From the NCBI GenBank assembly GCA_040399005.1, contig JBBATA010000001.1:22199-86198 (forward strand): DNA of 64,000 nt, given 5' to 3'. Both the position numbers and the translations under genes were made by a program. The stretch comes from Solirubrobacteraceae bacterium (GTDB taxonomy: Bacteria; Actinomycetota; Thermoleophilia; Solirubrobacterales; Solirubrobacteraceae). The number at the start of each line of letters is the position of its first letter. Position 1 is the stretch's first letter. The notes below the pieces were generated by a model that was not told the DNA's origin, did no database searches, and worked only from the letters and a program-made list of their open reading frames with translations. Of this stretch, positions 9,060 to 18,596 are shown piece by piece.

Positions 9060-11339
9060 ATGAGCTCAGGCCTCAATCCGGGGGACGGCCAAAACGCTGC
9101 TTCCCTGGAGCTTCTCACCACAAAGCTCCGGCCTCCGGGAACCCTTCCTGACGCCCACGGCAACAGGCACCTCGCGAGGCTTGTAAAGGCCGGAGCCAAC
9201 CGGCGGCTGACGGTAGTCACTGCGCCTGCGGGATACGGAAAGACCACCCTTGCCGCCGCGTGGTTCCGGGATGCAGACACCAGCGGCGACGAGATCGCCG
9301 GGTGGCTGTCGCTGGAGGGCTCGGAAAACGACCCGGCCCTGCTCCTGCGCTACTTGGTGGCGGCTTTGCGGACAGGCGGATCCGGGGCCGGCGCACGGAC
9401 CGAGGCCGTTCTCGGTGTGCCCGGAGTAGACCTGCAGCAAGCGCTCACCTGGCTGATCAACGACCTCGCCGCCGCCTCCGACCCGACCGTTCTGATCCTT
9501 GACGATTACCACGCAGTCCGGGAACCACGATGCCACGAGCTCGTCTCCACCTTCATCGAGCGAGCGCCATCGAACATAAGGGTCGTGATCGCCTCCCGAT
9601 CTGAGCCACCCCTCCCGCTTGGTTCGCTCCGGGCCACGGGCCAGCTCGCCGAGGTTGGCGAGCGCGACCTGCGACTCACGGCGGAGGAAGCAGGCGAGTT
9701 CCTCGAAGCGGAGGGCCTCGATCTTGGCGACGAGGAGCTCGCCGTGCTCGTCGCCAAGACCGAGGGCTGGGTCGCGTCGCTGCAGCTCGCCACTCTCTGG
9801 CTCCGCGGCCAGGACGACATGAGCACGGCGATCCGGGGCTTCGACGGCAGCCACAGACACCTCGTTGACTACCTGGGAGAGCAGGTTCTTGCCAACCTCG
9901 AACCTGAGACGGAGGAGTTCCTCTTGAGGACTTCGGTCCTGGGACGCTTCTGCGCCCCTCTCTGCGAGGCCGTCACCGGGGCGGAGGACGCCCGCGAGAG
10001 GATCGCCGAGGTCGAAGCCGCAAACCTGTTTATCGTCAGCCTCGATGACAGGCGCGAGTGGTACCGGTTCCACCACCTGTTCGGGAGCCTCCTGCGCGAA
10101 GAGCTCCAGCGCCGCGAGCCGAAAGCAATCGGCGAGCTGCACCGACGCGCACACATCTGGCATGCCGTGCACGGGACGTCTGGCGAGGCCGTGCGTCACG
10201 CGATGCTCGCCGGCGACACGGCGGCAGCGTCGGACATCATCAGCCGCTCCTGGATTCCGGCACTCCGCTCCGGCCAGGCGGGGACCCTCCTGCGCTGGGC
10301 AGCGATGTTCTCCCCGGAGGAGGCCGCCAGCTTCCCGCAAGTTGCTGCGATAGCCGGCCTGTCCGCGGGCGTCGAAGGGGCACCCGAGACCACGGTTGAG
10401 GCGTGGCTCCACGTCGCGCAGACGGCTCTTGCCGAGGGGACGGCCCCGTCCGGACCGATGCTCGATGGCTCGGCGTCGTTCAGCTCGAACGTCGACGTCC
10501 TCAGCGCTGCGTTTGCCTACCGGGATGTTGGCGACGCCATCGGGTCGGCACGCCGCGTTCTGCGCAGCGAACCCGCCGAAAGTCCGTGGATCGTCCCGGC
10601 ACAGGCCGCCCTCGGCTTCCTCCTCTACCTCTCGGGTGAGCGCGAAGAGGCAAGTCAGGTCGTGGAAATCGCTATCGGCCACCGAAACGCCCCTCGCCAG
10701 CCGCACGGACTCATCCACGCGCTGAGTACGAGAGCGCTCCTGCAGGTCGATAGCGAAGAGCCGGCCGCCGCTCAGCGGTCCGCCCTTCGCGCCCTGGAGG
10801 TAGCCGACTCCTTCGGGCTCGGAACGAGTGTGACTACCGCACTCGCACACGTGGCTCTCGGCCGCACCCTCAGCGCCGGCGGGCGCGGCGCCGAAGCACT
10901 GCGGGAGCTGGAGTCGGCAACCCGGACACTCGGGGGAAGCGCCCCACGCGCACACGACATCTACGCGCGGCTCATCCTCGCCGAGGCGCAACGCGCCGGA
11001 GGGGACCTCGTTTCCGCGTTTCGCTCCGCCGACGAGGCAGAAACGCTCCTCGAGCCCTTCACGGACGCCGGCATCCTCGCGGAGATGCTTGGAGACTTCC
11101 GCCGCCGGGCGGTGGCCACGCGCCGGCGGCGAACCGCGTCCCCGGAAACCGACCTGACCGAGACCGAGCTCTCGCTGCTGAGGCTCCTGGCCGGCCCGGG
11201 CACCCAACGCCAGATCGCCAGCGAGCTGAACATCTCACACAACACCGTCAAGACCCACGCGAAGGCCATCTATCGCAAGCTCTCTGTGGGTTCGCGGGCT
11301 GAGGCCATAAGCCGGGCGCGAGAGAACAAGCTCCTCTGA
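9060..11339 (+). CDS. LuxR-family transcriptional regulator, large ATP-binding (LAL/MalT-like)
   Basis: 759 aa. N-terminal Walker A 'APAGYGKTTLAAAW', a long helical middle region, and C-terminal LuxR HTH 'QIASELNISHNTVKTHAKAIYRKLSV'. Confidence 0.85.
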   Translation: MSSGLNPGDGQNAASLELLTTKLRPPGTLPDAHGNRHLARLVKAGANRRLTVVTAPAGYGKTTLAAAWFRDADTSGDEIAGWLSLEGSENDPALLLRYLVAALRTGGSGAGARTEAVLGVPGVDLQQALTWLINDLAAASDPTVLILDDYHAVREPRCHELVSTFIERAPSNIRVVIASRSEPPLPLGSLRATGQLAEVGERDLRLTAEEAGEFLEAEGLDLGDEELAVLVAKTEGWVASLQLATLWLRGQDDMSTAIRGFDGSHRHLVDYLGEQVLANLEPETEEFLLRTSVLGRFCAPLCEAVTGAEDARERIAEVEAANLFIVSLDDRREWYRFHHLFGSLLREELQRREPKAIGELHRRAHIWHAVHGTSGEAVRHAMLAGDTAAASDIISRSWIPALRSGQAGTLLRWAAMFSPEEAASFPQVAAIAGLSAGVEGAPETTVEAWLHVAQTALAEGTAPSGPMLDGSASFSSNVDVLSAAFAYRDVGDAIGSARRVLRSEPAESPWIVPAQAALGFLLYLSGEREEASQVVEIAIGHRNAPRQPHGLIHALSTRALLQVDSEEPAAAQRSALRALEVADSFGLGTSVTTALAHVALGRTLSAGGRGAEALRELESATRTLGGSAPRAHDIYARLILAEAQRAGGDLVSAFRSADEAETLLEPFTDAGILAEMLGDFRRRAVATRRRRTASPETDLTETELSLLRLLAGPGTQRQIASELNISHNTVKTHAKAIYRKLSVGSRAEAISRARENKLL

Positions 11340-11361
11340 AAACCTGTCTCTTCAGGAGCTG

Positions 11362-11373
11362 TCACCCGGGTGA
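11362..11373. promoter_or_regulatory. 12-bp perfect palindrome TCACCCGGGTGA with a downstream CACCCGG repeat (candidate regulator site)
   Basis: Read directly between the LAL regulator stop and the secreted-protein gene. 'CACCCGG' recurs at about 11391-11397. Confidence 0.3.
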
Positions 11374-11472
11374 TTTACAGGCCCGGAAGACACCCGGTCG
11401 CATTCAGCGTGGCACCTTCTGGTTTCCGATTCGAAGGGGCAGCAAGGCCCCGTCACCAGGAGGAGAGACCAA

Positions 11473-12840
11473 ATGAATTACAGGGCACACGGGCCGCGCC
11501 TTCACGGCGGCGGTTCACTCCGAAACCGTACGCTCGCAATGGGGCTGGCGCTGGCCGCAACCGCCGGCTTCGCAGGGTTCCTCTCGGCCTCGGCGCCGGC
11601 GGACGCAGCGATACCGCAAACCGACTGCTTCTGGACCGAGCGCATGGACTCGAAGTTCTCCACGGACCCCGCGCGCAACTACGCCTTCCCGGACACCGGC
11701 GCCGTCTACTGGAGCGCCCAGGTCAACATGCCTGCCGGGTCGAAGATCGTGCTCAAGGGCCAGTATGCCCACGCGCGTTACCAGTCGATCAACGTCTACG
11801 ACGAGGCCACGCGCTCGCCTACCGACGCGCTGAACGACATCAGCACCAAGCCGGACCCCGGCTCGGCTAACCCGTACATGAGCGGCGCCCGTCGAGACGG
11901 CAAGAAGCGGTCCTACACCATCACCATTCTCAACCAGCCGGTGCCGGCCAACCGAGCGCCGAACACGATCTACGCCGGCGTTGCCGGCCAGGTCGGCCAG
12001 GCGCTGATGTACCGGATCTACGAGCCGGAGCCGTTCAAAGAGAGCGAGCTGACCGGTGGCGTCGGCCTTCCTGCGGCGGAGCTTGAGCTCGCGGACGGCA
12101 CGGTCCTGACCGGTCAGGCCGCCTGCAGCGCACTGCAGGCCAAGGACGAGATTCTCCCACTGACCAAGCTGCCCGAAAGCCTCTACAAGGCGATTCGCGA
12201 ACCGGCGGGGGCTTCGCCGACCTTCCCGGCCGCCGCCAAGCCCGTCTTCCGGGCGTTCTACAGCATCCCCTGGGTGACGAGCTGCTGGTACGGCGGCGAG
12301 TGCAACGGATCTCCGGCCCGCACCGGAGGCCAGTACAGCAACATCGACAACCAGTACGTGGCCGCGTTTGTGAGCCGGGCATTCCCGGCCGGCCCGGTGC
12401 TCGTCCTCAAGGGCAAGCTTCCTACCACGCCGAAGACCGGCTCGAAGGTCACGAAGATGGGCAGCGGACAGATGCGTTACTGGTCGATGTGCCAGAACGA
12501 GTCGCTGTACACGACAAAGGGCGCCGGGTGCCTGTACGACTCGCAGATCCCGGTGGACAAGAAGCGCAACTACACGATCGTCACAAGTCTGTCGGGTGAC
12601 CGCCCGAAGAACGCGACGACCAAGTGCGGCATCGGGTACATCCCGTGGCCCAAGAACGGTGATGGTGCCGGCAACGTCAAGGACGGGCTGCTGCTCATCC
12701 GCAACATGCTGCCGGCCGCCTCATTCCGCGAGGCGATCCAGAACACCAAGACCCCCGGCGACGAAGCCAAGGTCATGGGTTCCTACCTGCCCAAGGGCAG
12801 CTACACCACGAAGAAGAAGTTCGAATCGAAGGGCTGCTGA
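11473..12840 (+). CDS. secreted protein of unknown function with two similar lobes
   Basis: 455 aa. Strong SD 'AGGAGGAGA' before the ATG. Signal-like 'LALAATAGFAGFLSASAPADA'. Repeated motif 'AGSKIVLKGQY' / 'AGPVLVLKGKL'. Nine Cys residues after the signal-like segment. Confidence 0.6.
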   Translation: MNYRAHGPRLHGGGSLRNRTLAMGLALAATAGFAGFLSASAPADAAIPQTDCFWTERMDSKFSTDPARNYAFPDTGAVYWSAQVNMPAGSKIVLKGQYAHARYQSINVYDEATRSPTDALNDISTKPDPGSANPYMSGARRDGKKRSYTITILNQPVPANRAPNTIYAGVAGQVGQALMYRIYEPEPFKESELTGGVGLPAAELELADGTVLTGQAACSALQAKDEILPLTKLPESLYKAIREPAGASPTFPAAAKPVFRAFYSIPWVTSCWYGGECNGSPARTGGQYSNIDNQYVAAFVSRAFPAGPVLVLKGKLPTTPKTGSKVTKMGSGQMRYWSMCQNESLYTTKGAGCLYDSQIPVDKKRNYTIVTSLSGDRPKNATTKCGIGYIPWPKNGDGAGNVKDGLLLIRNMLPAASFREAIQNTKTPGDEAKVMGSYLPKGSYTTKKKFESKGC

Positions 12841-12858
12841 TTCGTTAAACGGCAGTCT

Positions 12859-12898
12859 CCGGCCGCCCGCACTGAAGAGAGTGCGTGGCGGCGGCCGG
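12859..12898 (+). terminator. GC-rich hairpin downstream of the 455-aa gene
   Basis: 'CCGGCCGCCCGCAC' / 'GTGCGTGGCGGCGGCCGG' arms with an 8-nt loop, read directly. There is no clear U-tract. Confidence 0.4.
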
Positions 12899-13087
12899 TA
12901 GCAAGCTTCCGGATCATCATCCGGGAGGCATGGGCCGGCAGGCCGCGTTTCCCCTGACGCGCGGTCTGCCGGCTCGGCTTTTCCGCGGGCGCTGGCGATC
13001 CATCACCAGCGGTGAGGCTCGGCCCTCGCACCGCCTGAGTCCGGCGCCAGCCGGGCGCCGGCAGGCCGCAGGTAGCATCCGGGCGCG

Positions 13088-14212
13088 ATGAGCACCCAGC
13101 GCAGCGGCCCCCTCACCAGCATCAAGGTCCTCGAGGTCGGGGGAATCGGCCCCAACCCCTTCGCCGGGATGCTGCTGGCCGACATGGGCGCCGACGTACT
13201 TCGCGTCGACCGGCCGGGTGCGGCGATGCTGCCCCCGCAGTTCGACCTCACCCGCCGCGGTCACGCCGTCGCCGAGGTGGACATGAAGTCCGACGAGGGC
13301 CGAGAGACGATCCTGAAGCTGGCCGGGAGCGCCGACGCCCTCATCGAGGGTTACCGCCCTGGAGTGATGGAGCGCCTGGGTCTCGGGCCCGAAGAGGTCC
13401 ACTCCCGCAATCCGAAGCTCGTCTACGGGCGGATGACCGGTTACGGCCAGGACGGCCCGATGGCCCAGGTCGCCGGCCACGACATCAACTACATCTCGCT
13501 CGCCGGGGCGCTCGGCGCCACCCAGCGCACCGGCGAGAAGCCGCTCTTCGCCCTCAACTTCGTCGGCGACTACGGCGGCGGGGCGATGTTCCTCGCCTTC
13601 GGCGTACTGGCCGGAATCATCGAGGCCCGCCAGACCGGCCAGGGCCAGGTGGTGGACGCGGCGATGGTCGACGGGGCCGCTCTCCTAACGACGATGTTCC
13701 ACGGGATGATGGCCGGCGGCATGTGGCCCGGGGAGCCCGGGACCAACCTCCTGGACTCCGGCGCCCACTTCTACGAGACCTACGAGACATCGGACGGCGG
13801 CTTCGTCGCCGTCGGTGCGCTCGAGCCGCAGTTCTACGCCCGCCTGCTGGAGCTGCTGGAGATCCCGGCCGACGAGATGCCCCAGTTCGAGACCGGGCGC
13901 TGGCCCGAGTTCAAGGAGCGCCTGACGGAGATCTTCCGCTCGAGGAGCCGGGAGGAGTGGGCGGCGATCCTCGAACCGGAGGAGGCCTGCGCCACGGCGA
14001 TCTACGGGCTGGGCGAGGCCGCAGGCCACCCGCACATGAAGGCGCGTGGCACCTTCACCGAGATCGGCGGAATCACCCAGCCGGCCGCCGCCCCGCGCTT
14101 CGACCGCACGCCGCCCCAGGCGCGGCCGCCGGTGCCGGAGGACGAACTCGACTCGGTTCTCGAAGAGTGGGGCCTGGACGCCTCCGAGCGCGCCGCGTTA
14201 ACCGGCGACTGA
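13088..14212 (+). CDS. CoA-transferase family III protein, alpha-methylacyl-CoA racemase-like
   Basis: 374 aa. 'GIGPNPFAGMLLADMGADVLRVDRP', 'AGHDINYISL' and 'FYETYETSDGGFVAVGALEPQFYA' closely resemble mycobacterial MCR as I recall it. Confidence 0.8.
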   Translation: MSTQRSGPLTSIKVLEVGGIGPNPFAGMLLADMGADVLRVDRPGAAMLPPQFDLTRRGHAVAEVDMKSDEGRETILKLAGSADALIEGYRPGVMERLGLGPEEVHSRNPKLVYGRMTGYGQDGPMAQVAGHDINYISLAGALGATQRTGEKPLFALNFVGDYGGGAMFLAFGVLAGIIEARQTGQGQVVDAAMVDGAALLTTMFHGMMAGGMWPGEPGTNLLDSGAHFYETYETSDGGFVAVGALEPQFYARLLELLEIPADEMPQFETGRWPEFKERLTEIFRSRSREEWAAILEPEEACATAIYGLGEAAGHPHMKARGTFTEIGGITQPAAAPRFDRTPPQARPPVPEDELDSVLEEWGLDASERAALTGD

Positions 14213-16162
14213 TCAACCCTCGGAAGCGGCGATCCTGACAAGCAGCTGGTCTCCCCCGACCTGGCTGCCCTCGGAGACGACCTCTTCGATCACGCCGTCG
14301 ATGTCGGCGAGGATCTCGTGCTCCATCTTCATCGCCTCCAGCACCACGAGCCGCTGACCGGTGGTGACGGCGTCGCCCACTCCGGCCTCCACGGCGATCA
14401 CCCTGCCGTGCATCGGCGCAACCAGCACTCCCTCGCCGCCGGCGCTGCCGCCTCCGGGCGGCAGTGCGGTCAGGTCGATCATCTCGAGGTCGAAGGCCGG
14501 GAAGGCGGCCAGCACCCGGCCGCGGGAGGGCTCGATGCAGCGCACGGGGATCTCGACATCGTCGACCACCGGCGCCGGGGCGTCGAGGAGCACCTGGTGC
14601 TCGGCGTCGCCGACGCTCACCGAGAGCACGCCGCCCCGGTCGACGACCCGTACCCCGTACTCCTCGCCGGCCACCGCCACCCGCATCGCCGAGGTGAGCG
14701 CTCCTCCCGATGACCAGCCCTCGAGCCCGGGAGCCACCGATGCGGCTTCGCAGAGGCGCTCGCGATAGAGCCAGGCGACGACCGCGGCGATGTCGGCGCT
14801 CGTCGGCACCGGCGACTCGGGTAGCTCGTCCAGGAAAGCGGTGGTTGCGCCACCCTCGGCGAAGAGCGGCGCGCGCAGGATCGCGGTGAGTAGGGGCCGG
14901 TTGGTGATCGTTCCCAGCGCCGAGGTCTCCTCCAGGCCACGGATCAGCCGTGTGCGGGCCTGGTCGCGGTCGGCTCCCCAGGCGATCACCTTGGCGACCA
15001 TCGGGTCATAGAAGGGGGTGATCTCGCTTCCGCTTCGGATCCCGGTATCGACGCGAAGCGCCCCGAGCTCCGGCGTCTCCCAGAGCTCGACGGTGCCGGT
15101 CGCCGGCAGGTAGTCGTTGTCCGGGTCCTCGGCGTAGAGGCGGGCCTCGATCGCGTGGCCGCTGATCTCGACCTCGTCCTGGCTGACCGTCAGCGGCTCG
15201 CCGGCGGCGATCCGCAGCTGCCACTCGACCAGGTCCATCCCCGTCACCAGCTCGGTGACCGGGTGCTCGACCTGCAGCCGGGTGTTCATCTCCAGGAAGT
15301 AGAAGTTCCCCTCGGCGTCGAGCAGGAACTCGATCGTGCCGGCGCCCTCGTAAGCGACCGCCTGCGCGGCGGCCACGCCGGCGGCGCCCATCTTCTCCCG
15401 CAGCTCCTCGTCGACCGCGGGGCTCGGCGCCTCCTCGATCACCTTCTGGTGGCGGCGCTGGACCGAGCAGTCGCGCTCGCCGAGGTGGATCGTGTGGCCG
15501 TCCCGGTCGGCGAGCACCTGGATCTCCACGTGGCGCGGCGCGACAACCGCGCGCTCCAGCAGGAGCGTGTCGTCGCCGAAGGCGCCGGCCGCCTCGCGAC
15601 GCGCCGACTCGATCGCCGCCGGCAGCGAGGCCTCGTCCTCGACGAGGCGCATCCCCTTGCCGCCGCCGCCGGCCGCGGCCTTGACCATCAGCGGGAAGCC
15701 GATCTCGCTCGCCTTTTCGATCAGCAGCGCGTCGTCCTGATCCTCGCCGCTGTAGCCGGGAACGGTCGGCACGCCAGAGCTCTCCATCAGCCGCTTGGCC
15801 GCGGCCTTGTCCCCCATCGCGGCGATCGCCTCGGGGGAGGGGCCGACGAAGACGATGCCGGCGTCGGCGCAGGCCTGGGCGAAGGCTGCGTTTTCGGAGA
15901 GGAAGCCGTAACCGGGGTGGATAGCCCCGGCACCGGTCTTCTTCGCGGCCTCGATGATCTTTTCGCCTACGAGGTAGGACTCGGCCGCCGGCGCCGGACC
16001 TATCTCCACCGCCACGTCGGCTGCCGCCACGTGCGGGGCGTCGGCGTCGGCCTCGGAGTAGACCGCGACGGTGCGCAGCCCCATCTCGCGGGCGCTGCGG
16101 ATCACCCGGCAGGCGATCTCGCCGCGGTTGGCCACCAGGACCGTGTCGAAGGTCTGGGCCAT
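14213..16162 (-). CDS. biotin-dependent acyl-CoA carboxylase alpha subunit (biotin carboxylase + BCCP), methylcrotonyl/geranyl-CoA type
   Basis: 649 aa. 'VLVANRGEIACRVIRS', 'GGGGKGMR' and C-terminal biotinylation motif 'EAMKMEH'. Confidence 0.9.
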   Translation of the reverse strand: MAQTFDTVLVANRGEIACRVIRSAREMGLRTVAVYSEADADAPHVAAADVAVEIGPAPAAESYLVGEKIIEAAKKTGAGAIHPGYGFLSENAAFAQACADAGIVFVGPSPEAIAAMGDKAAAKRLMESSGVPTVPGYSGEDQDDALLIEKASEIGFPLMVKAAAGGGGKGMRLVEDEASLPAAIESARREAAGAFGDDTLLLERAVVAPRHVEIQVLADRDGHTIHLGERDCSVQRRHQKVIEEAPSPAVDEELREKMGAAGVAAAQAVAYEGAGTIEFLLDAEGNFYFLEMNTRLQVEHPVTELVTGMDLVEWQLRIAAGEPLTVSQDEVEISGHAIEARLYAEDPDNDYLPATGTVELWETPELGALRVDTGIRSGSEITPFYDPMVAKVIAWGADRDQARTRLIRGLEETSALGTITNRPLLTAILRAPLFAEGGATTAFLDELPESPVPTSADIAAVVAWLYRERLCEAASVAPGLEGWSSGGALTSAMRVAVAGEEYGVRVVDRGGVLSVSVGDAEHQVLLDAPAPVVDDVEIPVRCIEPSRGRVLAAFPAFDLEMIDLTALPPGGGSAGGEGVLVAPMHGRVIAVEAGVGDAVTTGQRLVVLEAMKMEHEILADIDGVIEEVVSEGSQVGGDQLLVRIAASEG

Positions 16163-17769
16163 CAGATCCGGCCGACGCCGAACGAGACCGGATTGACCTT
16201 GCGGTTGTCGCCCTCCTCGGCCATCGCGAGCCCGAAGCCCAGGACGCGGCGGCTGTCGCGCGGGTCAATCATCCCGTCGTCCATCTGGCGGCCGGAGGTG
16301 ACGAAGGCCGACTCCTGCGCGGAGTAGAGGTCAACGATCTGCTGGGAGAAAGCCTCCATCGCCGCCTCGTCGACCGGCTCGCCCTTGCGCGCCGCGCGCT
16401 CCTCGGCGACGACGCGCATCGTGCCGGCCGCCTGCTCGCCGCCCATCACTCCGGCACGGGCGTTGGGCCAGGTGAGGACCAGACGCGGGTCGTAGCCGAC
16501 CCCGCACATCCCGTAGTTGCCGGCGCCGAAGCTGGCGCCGATCATCAGTGTGAAGCGAGGCACATCGGCGTTGGAGACCGCCTGGATCATCTTCGATCCG
16601 TTCTTGATCATCCCGCCGCGCTCGGCATCGACGCCGACCATGTAGCCGTTGATGTTCTGCAGGAAGACCAACGGCGTTCCCAGCTGGGTGCAGCGCTGGA
16701 TGAAGTGGGTCGCCTTCCCCGAGCCGGCGTTGTCGAGGACGCCGTTGTTGGCGATGAAGCCAACCGGGTGGCCCATCACCGAAGCCTCAACGCAGACGGT
16801 CATCGGGCCGTAGTCGGGCTTGAAGTCGAGGAAGTCCGAGCCGTCGGCCAGCCGGGCGATCACCTCGCGGGCGTCGTAGGGCTGGCGTGGGTCGACCGGC
16901 ACCACTCCCGCCAGCTCGTCGGGATCGTAGAGCGGGTCGTCGAAGCCGGCCCGCGGCTGAGCGCCCGGGTCCCAGTGCATCCGGGCCACCGCCTCGCGGC
17001 AGATCCGCAGGGCGTCGGCGTCATCCTCGGCGACGTAATCGACGAGGCCCGAGACGGTGGAGTGCATCTCCACCCCGCCGAGCTCCTGGGCGTCGGCGAC
17101 CTCTCCCGTGGCCGCCTTGAGGAGCGGCGGCCCGGCCAGGAAGGCACGGCCGTTTTCCTTTACGCCGATGATGATGTCCGACATTCCCGGGTAATAAGCG
17201 CCGCCCGCGGTACCCGAGCCGTGCAGCACGGTAATCACCGGCACGCCGGCGGCGCTGATCTTGGCCTGGTTGTAGAAGGTGCGCCCGGCGAGGCCCCACA
17301 TCTCGACCCGGTAGGTGAGGAGGTTTGCCCCGGCCGACTCGACGAGGAAGATGATCGGCATCTTGTTCTCGAGGGCGAGGTCCTCGCAGCGGATCGTCTT
17401 CCAGCCGCCGGGGGTAGTCATGGCGCCGGCGTCGATGCCGCTGTCGTTGGCGACGATGATGCAGCGCGTTCCCGAGACGTAACCGATGACCGAGATCACG
17501 CCGCCGCCGGGCAGGCTCCCCTCCTCGTTCGGGTCGTAGCCGGCGATGTTCTGGATCTCCAGCACCGGCGCACCCGGGTCGAGCAGGTGGGCGATCCGCT
17601 CGCGGGGCAGCAGCTGGCCGCGCTCGTGGAAGCGGTCGGCGCGAGAGTTGGAGCGCTCGACGGCACGGCTCTCCACCTCGCGCATCTCGGCGACCAGCTC
17701 CAGCATCTCCTCCCGGTTCTTCCTGAAGGAATCCGAAGCGGGATCCACCTTCGACTTGAAAACGGTCAT
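16162..17769 (-). CDS. acyl-CoA carboxylase carboxyltransferase (beta) subunit, methylcrotonyl/geranyl-CoA type
   Basis: 535 aa. 'RGQLLPRERIAHLLDPG' N-terminus and two carboxyltransferase halves. Its stop overlaps the alpha-subunit start by 1 nt. Confidence 0.9.
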   Translation of the reverse strand: MTVFKSKVDPASDSFRKNREEMLELVAEMREVESRAVERSNSRADRFHERGQLLPRERIAHLLDPGAPVLEIQNIAGYDPNEEGSLPGGGVISVIGYVSGTRCIIVANDSGIDAGAMTTPGGWKTIRCEDLALENKMPIIFLVESAGANLLTYRVEMWGLAGRTFYNQAKISAAGVPVITVLHGSGTAGGAYYPGMSDIIIGVKENGRAFLAGPPLLKAATGEVADAQELGGVEMHSTVSGLVDYVAEDDADALRICREAVARMHWDPGAQPRAGFDDPLYDPDELAGVVPVDPRQPYDAREVIARLADGSDFLDFKPDYGPMTVCVEASVMGHPVGFIANNGVLDNAGSGKATHFIQRCTQLGTPLVFLQNINGYMVGVDAERGGMIKNGSKMIQAVSNADVPRFTLMIGASFGAGNYGMCGVGYDPRLVLTWPNARAGVMGGEQAAGTMRVVAEERAARKGEPVDEAAMEAFSQQIVDLYSAQESAFVTSGRQMDDGMIDPRDSRRVLGFGLAMAEEGDNRKVNPVSFGVGRI

Positions 17770-17816
17770 GATGCGGCGCAGATCCTATTGGCGCGCAGGC
17801 AAATGGAGGCAATCCG

Positions 17817-18596
17817 GTGACCGCACCCGTCCGCTACGAGACCGCCGATCACATAGCCACGATCACCCTCGACGACCCGGAGAGGCGCAACGCCCTTTCC
17901 GCGGAGATGCTCGAGGGTCTCGCCGACGCGATCGCTCAGGCCGCAAACGACGACGACGTCCGCTGCGTGGTGCTCGCCTCCAGCCACGAGAGCGTCTGGT
18001 GCGCCGGCGCCGACCTCAGCGGCTTCAAAGCCGAAACGACGCTGGTGGAGAAGCACCACAACTCCGAGGGCTTCATGAACATCTTCCTGGCCCTCAACGA
18101 CTTCCCCAAGCCGACGCTCGGAAAGATCAATGGCCATGCGCTGGCCGGCGGCATGGGGCTCGCTCTCTGCTGCGACCTCCTCGTCGCCTCCGAGGATGCG
18201 ACCTTCGGCACGCCCGAGATCAACGTCGGGGCCTTCCCGTTCATGATCATGGCCGTCATCTACCGCAACCTCCCGCGCAAGAAGGCCAACGAGCTGCTCC
18301 TGCTCGGTGACCGGATCTCCGCGCAGGAGGCGCTGGAGATGGACCTCGTAAACCGGGTCGTCCCCGCCGGCGAGCTCGACGCCTTCGTCGCCGACTGGGC
18401 GACGAAGCTGGCCGCCAAGTCGCCCCTGATCATGGGGCTGGGCAAGGAGGCGATGGCCCGCCAGCGAGACCTGGACCTCGCCGACGCGCTCGACTACCTG
18501 CGCGCCCAGCTCAGCCTCGCCCAGAGCACGGAGGACATCGTCGAGGGCGTGACCGCCTTCTTCGAGAAGCGCGACCCGGTCTGGAAGAACCGGTGA
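17817..18596 (+). CDS. enoyl-CoA hydratase/isomerase family protein
   Basis: 259 aa, crotonase fold. 'CAGADL', 'GHALAGGMGLALCCDL' and 'TPEINVG'. Confidence 0.85.
   Translation: MTAPVRYETADHIATITLDDPERRNALSAEMLEGLADAIAQAANDDDVRCVVLASSHESVWCAGADLSGFKAETTLVEKHHNSEGFMNIFLALNDFPKPTLGKINGHALAGGMGLALCCDLLVASEDATFGTPEINVGAFPFMIMAVIYRNLPRKKANELLLLGDRISAQEALEMDLVNRVVPAGELDAFVADWATKLAAKSPLIMGLGKEAMARQRDLDLADALDYLRAQLSLAQSTEDIVEGVTAFFEKRDPVWKNR

Noticed and set aside
9060-11339. The LAL regulator as a STAND/Avs-like antiphage NTPase.
   Set aside because: Its C-terminal effector is a standard LuxR-type HTH rather than a nuclease, protease, TIR or other toxic domain, and its size and layout match MalT/LAL transcription activators.
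7049-12840. TetR + P450 + LAL regulator + secreted protein as a secondary-metabolite biosynthetic cluster.
   Set aside because: There is no core biosynthetic enzyme (PKS, NRPS, terpene synthase or RiPP machinery) and no precursor-peptide-like ORF in or near this stretch. The genes are better read as independent small regulons.
17770-17816. A possible operator palindrome in the 47-nt carboxylase/hydratase divergent spacer (around 'TTGGCGCGCAGGCAA').
   Set aside because: When I wrote out the reverse complement, the arms did not match beyond the trivial GCGCGC core, so I do not call a site.
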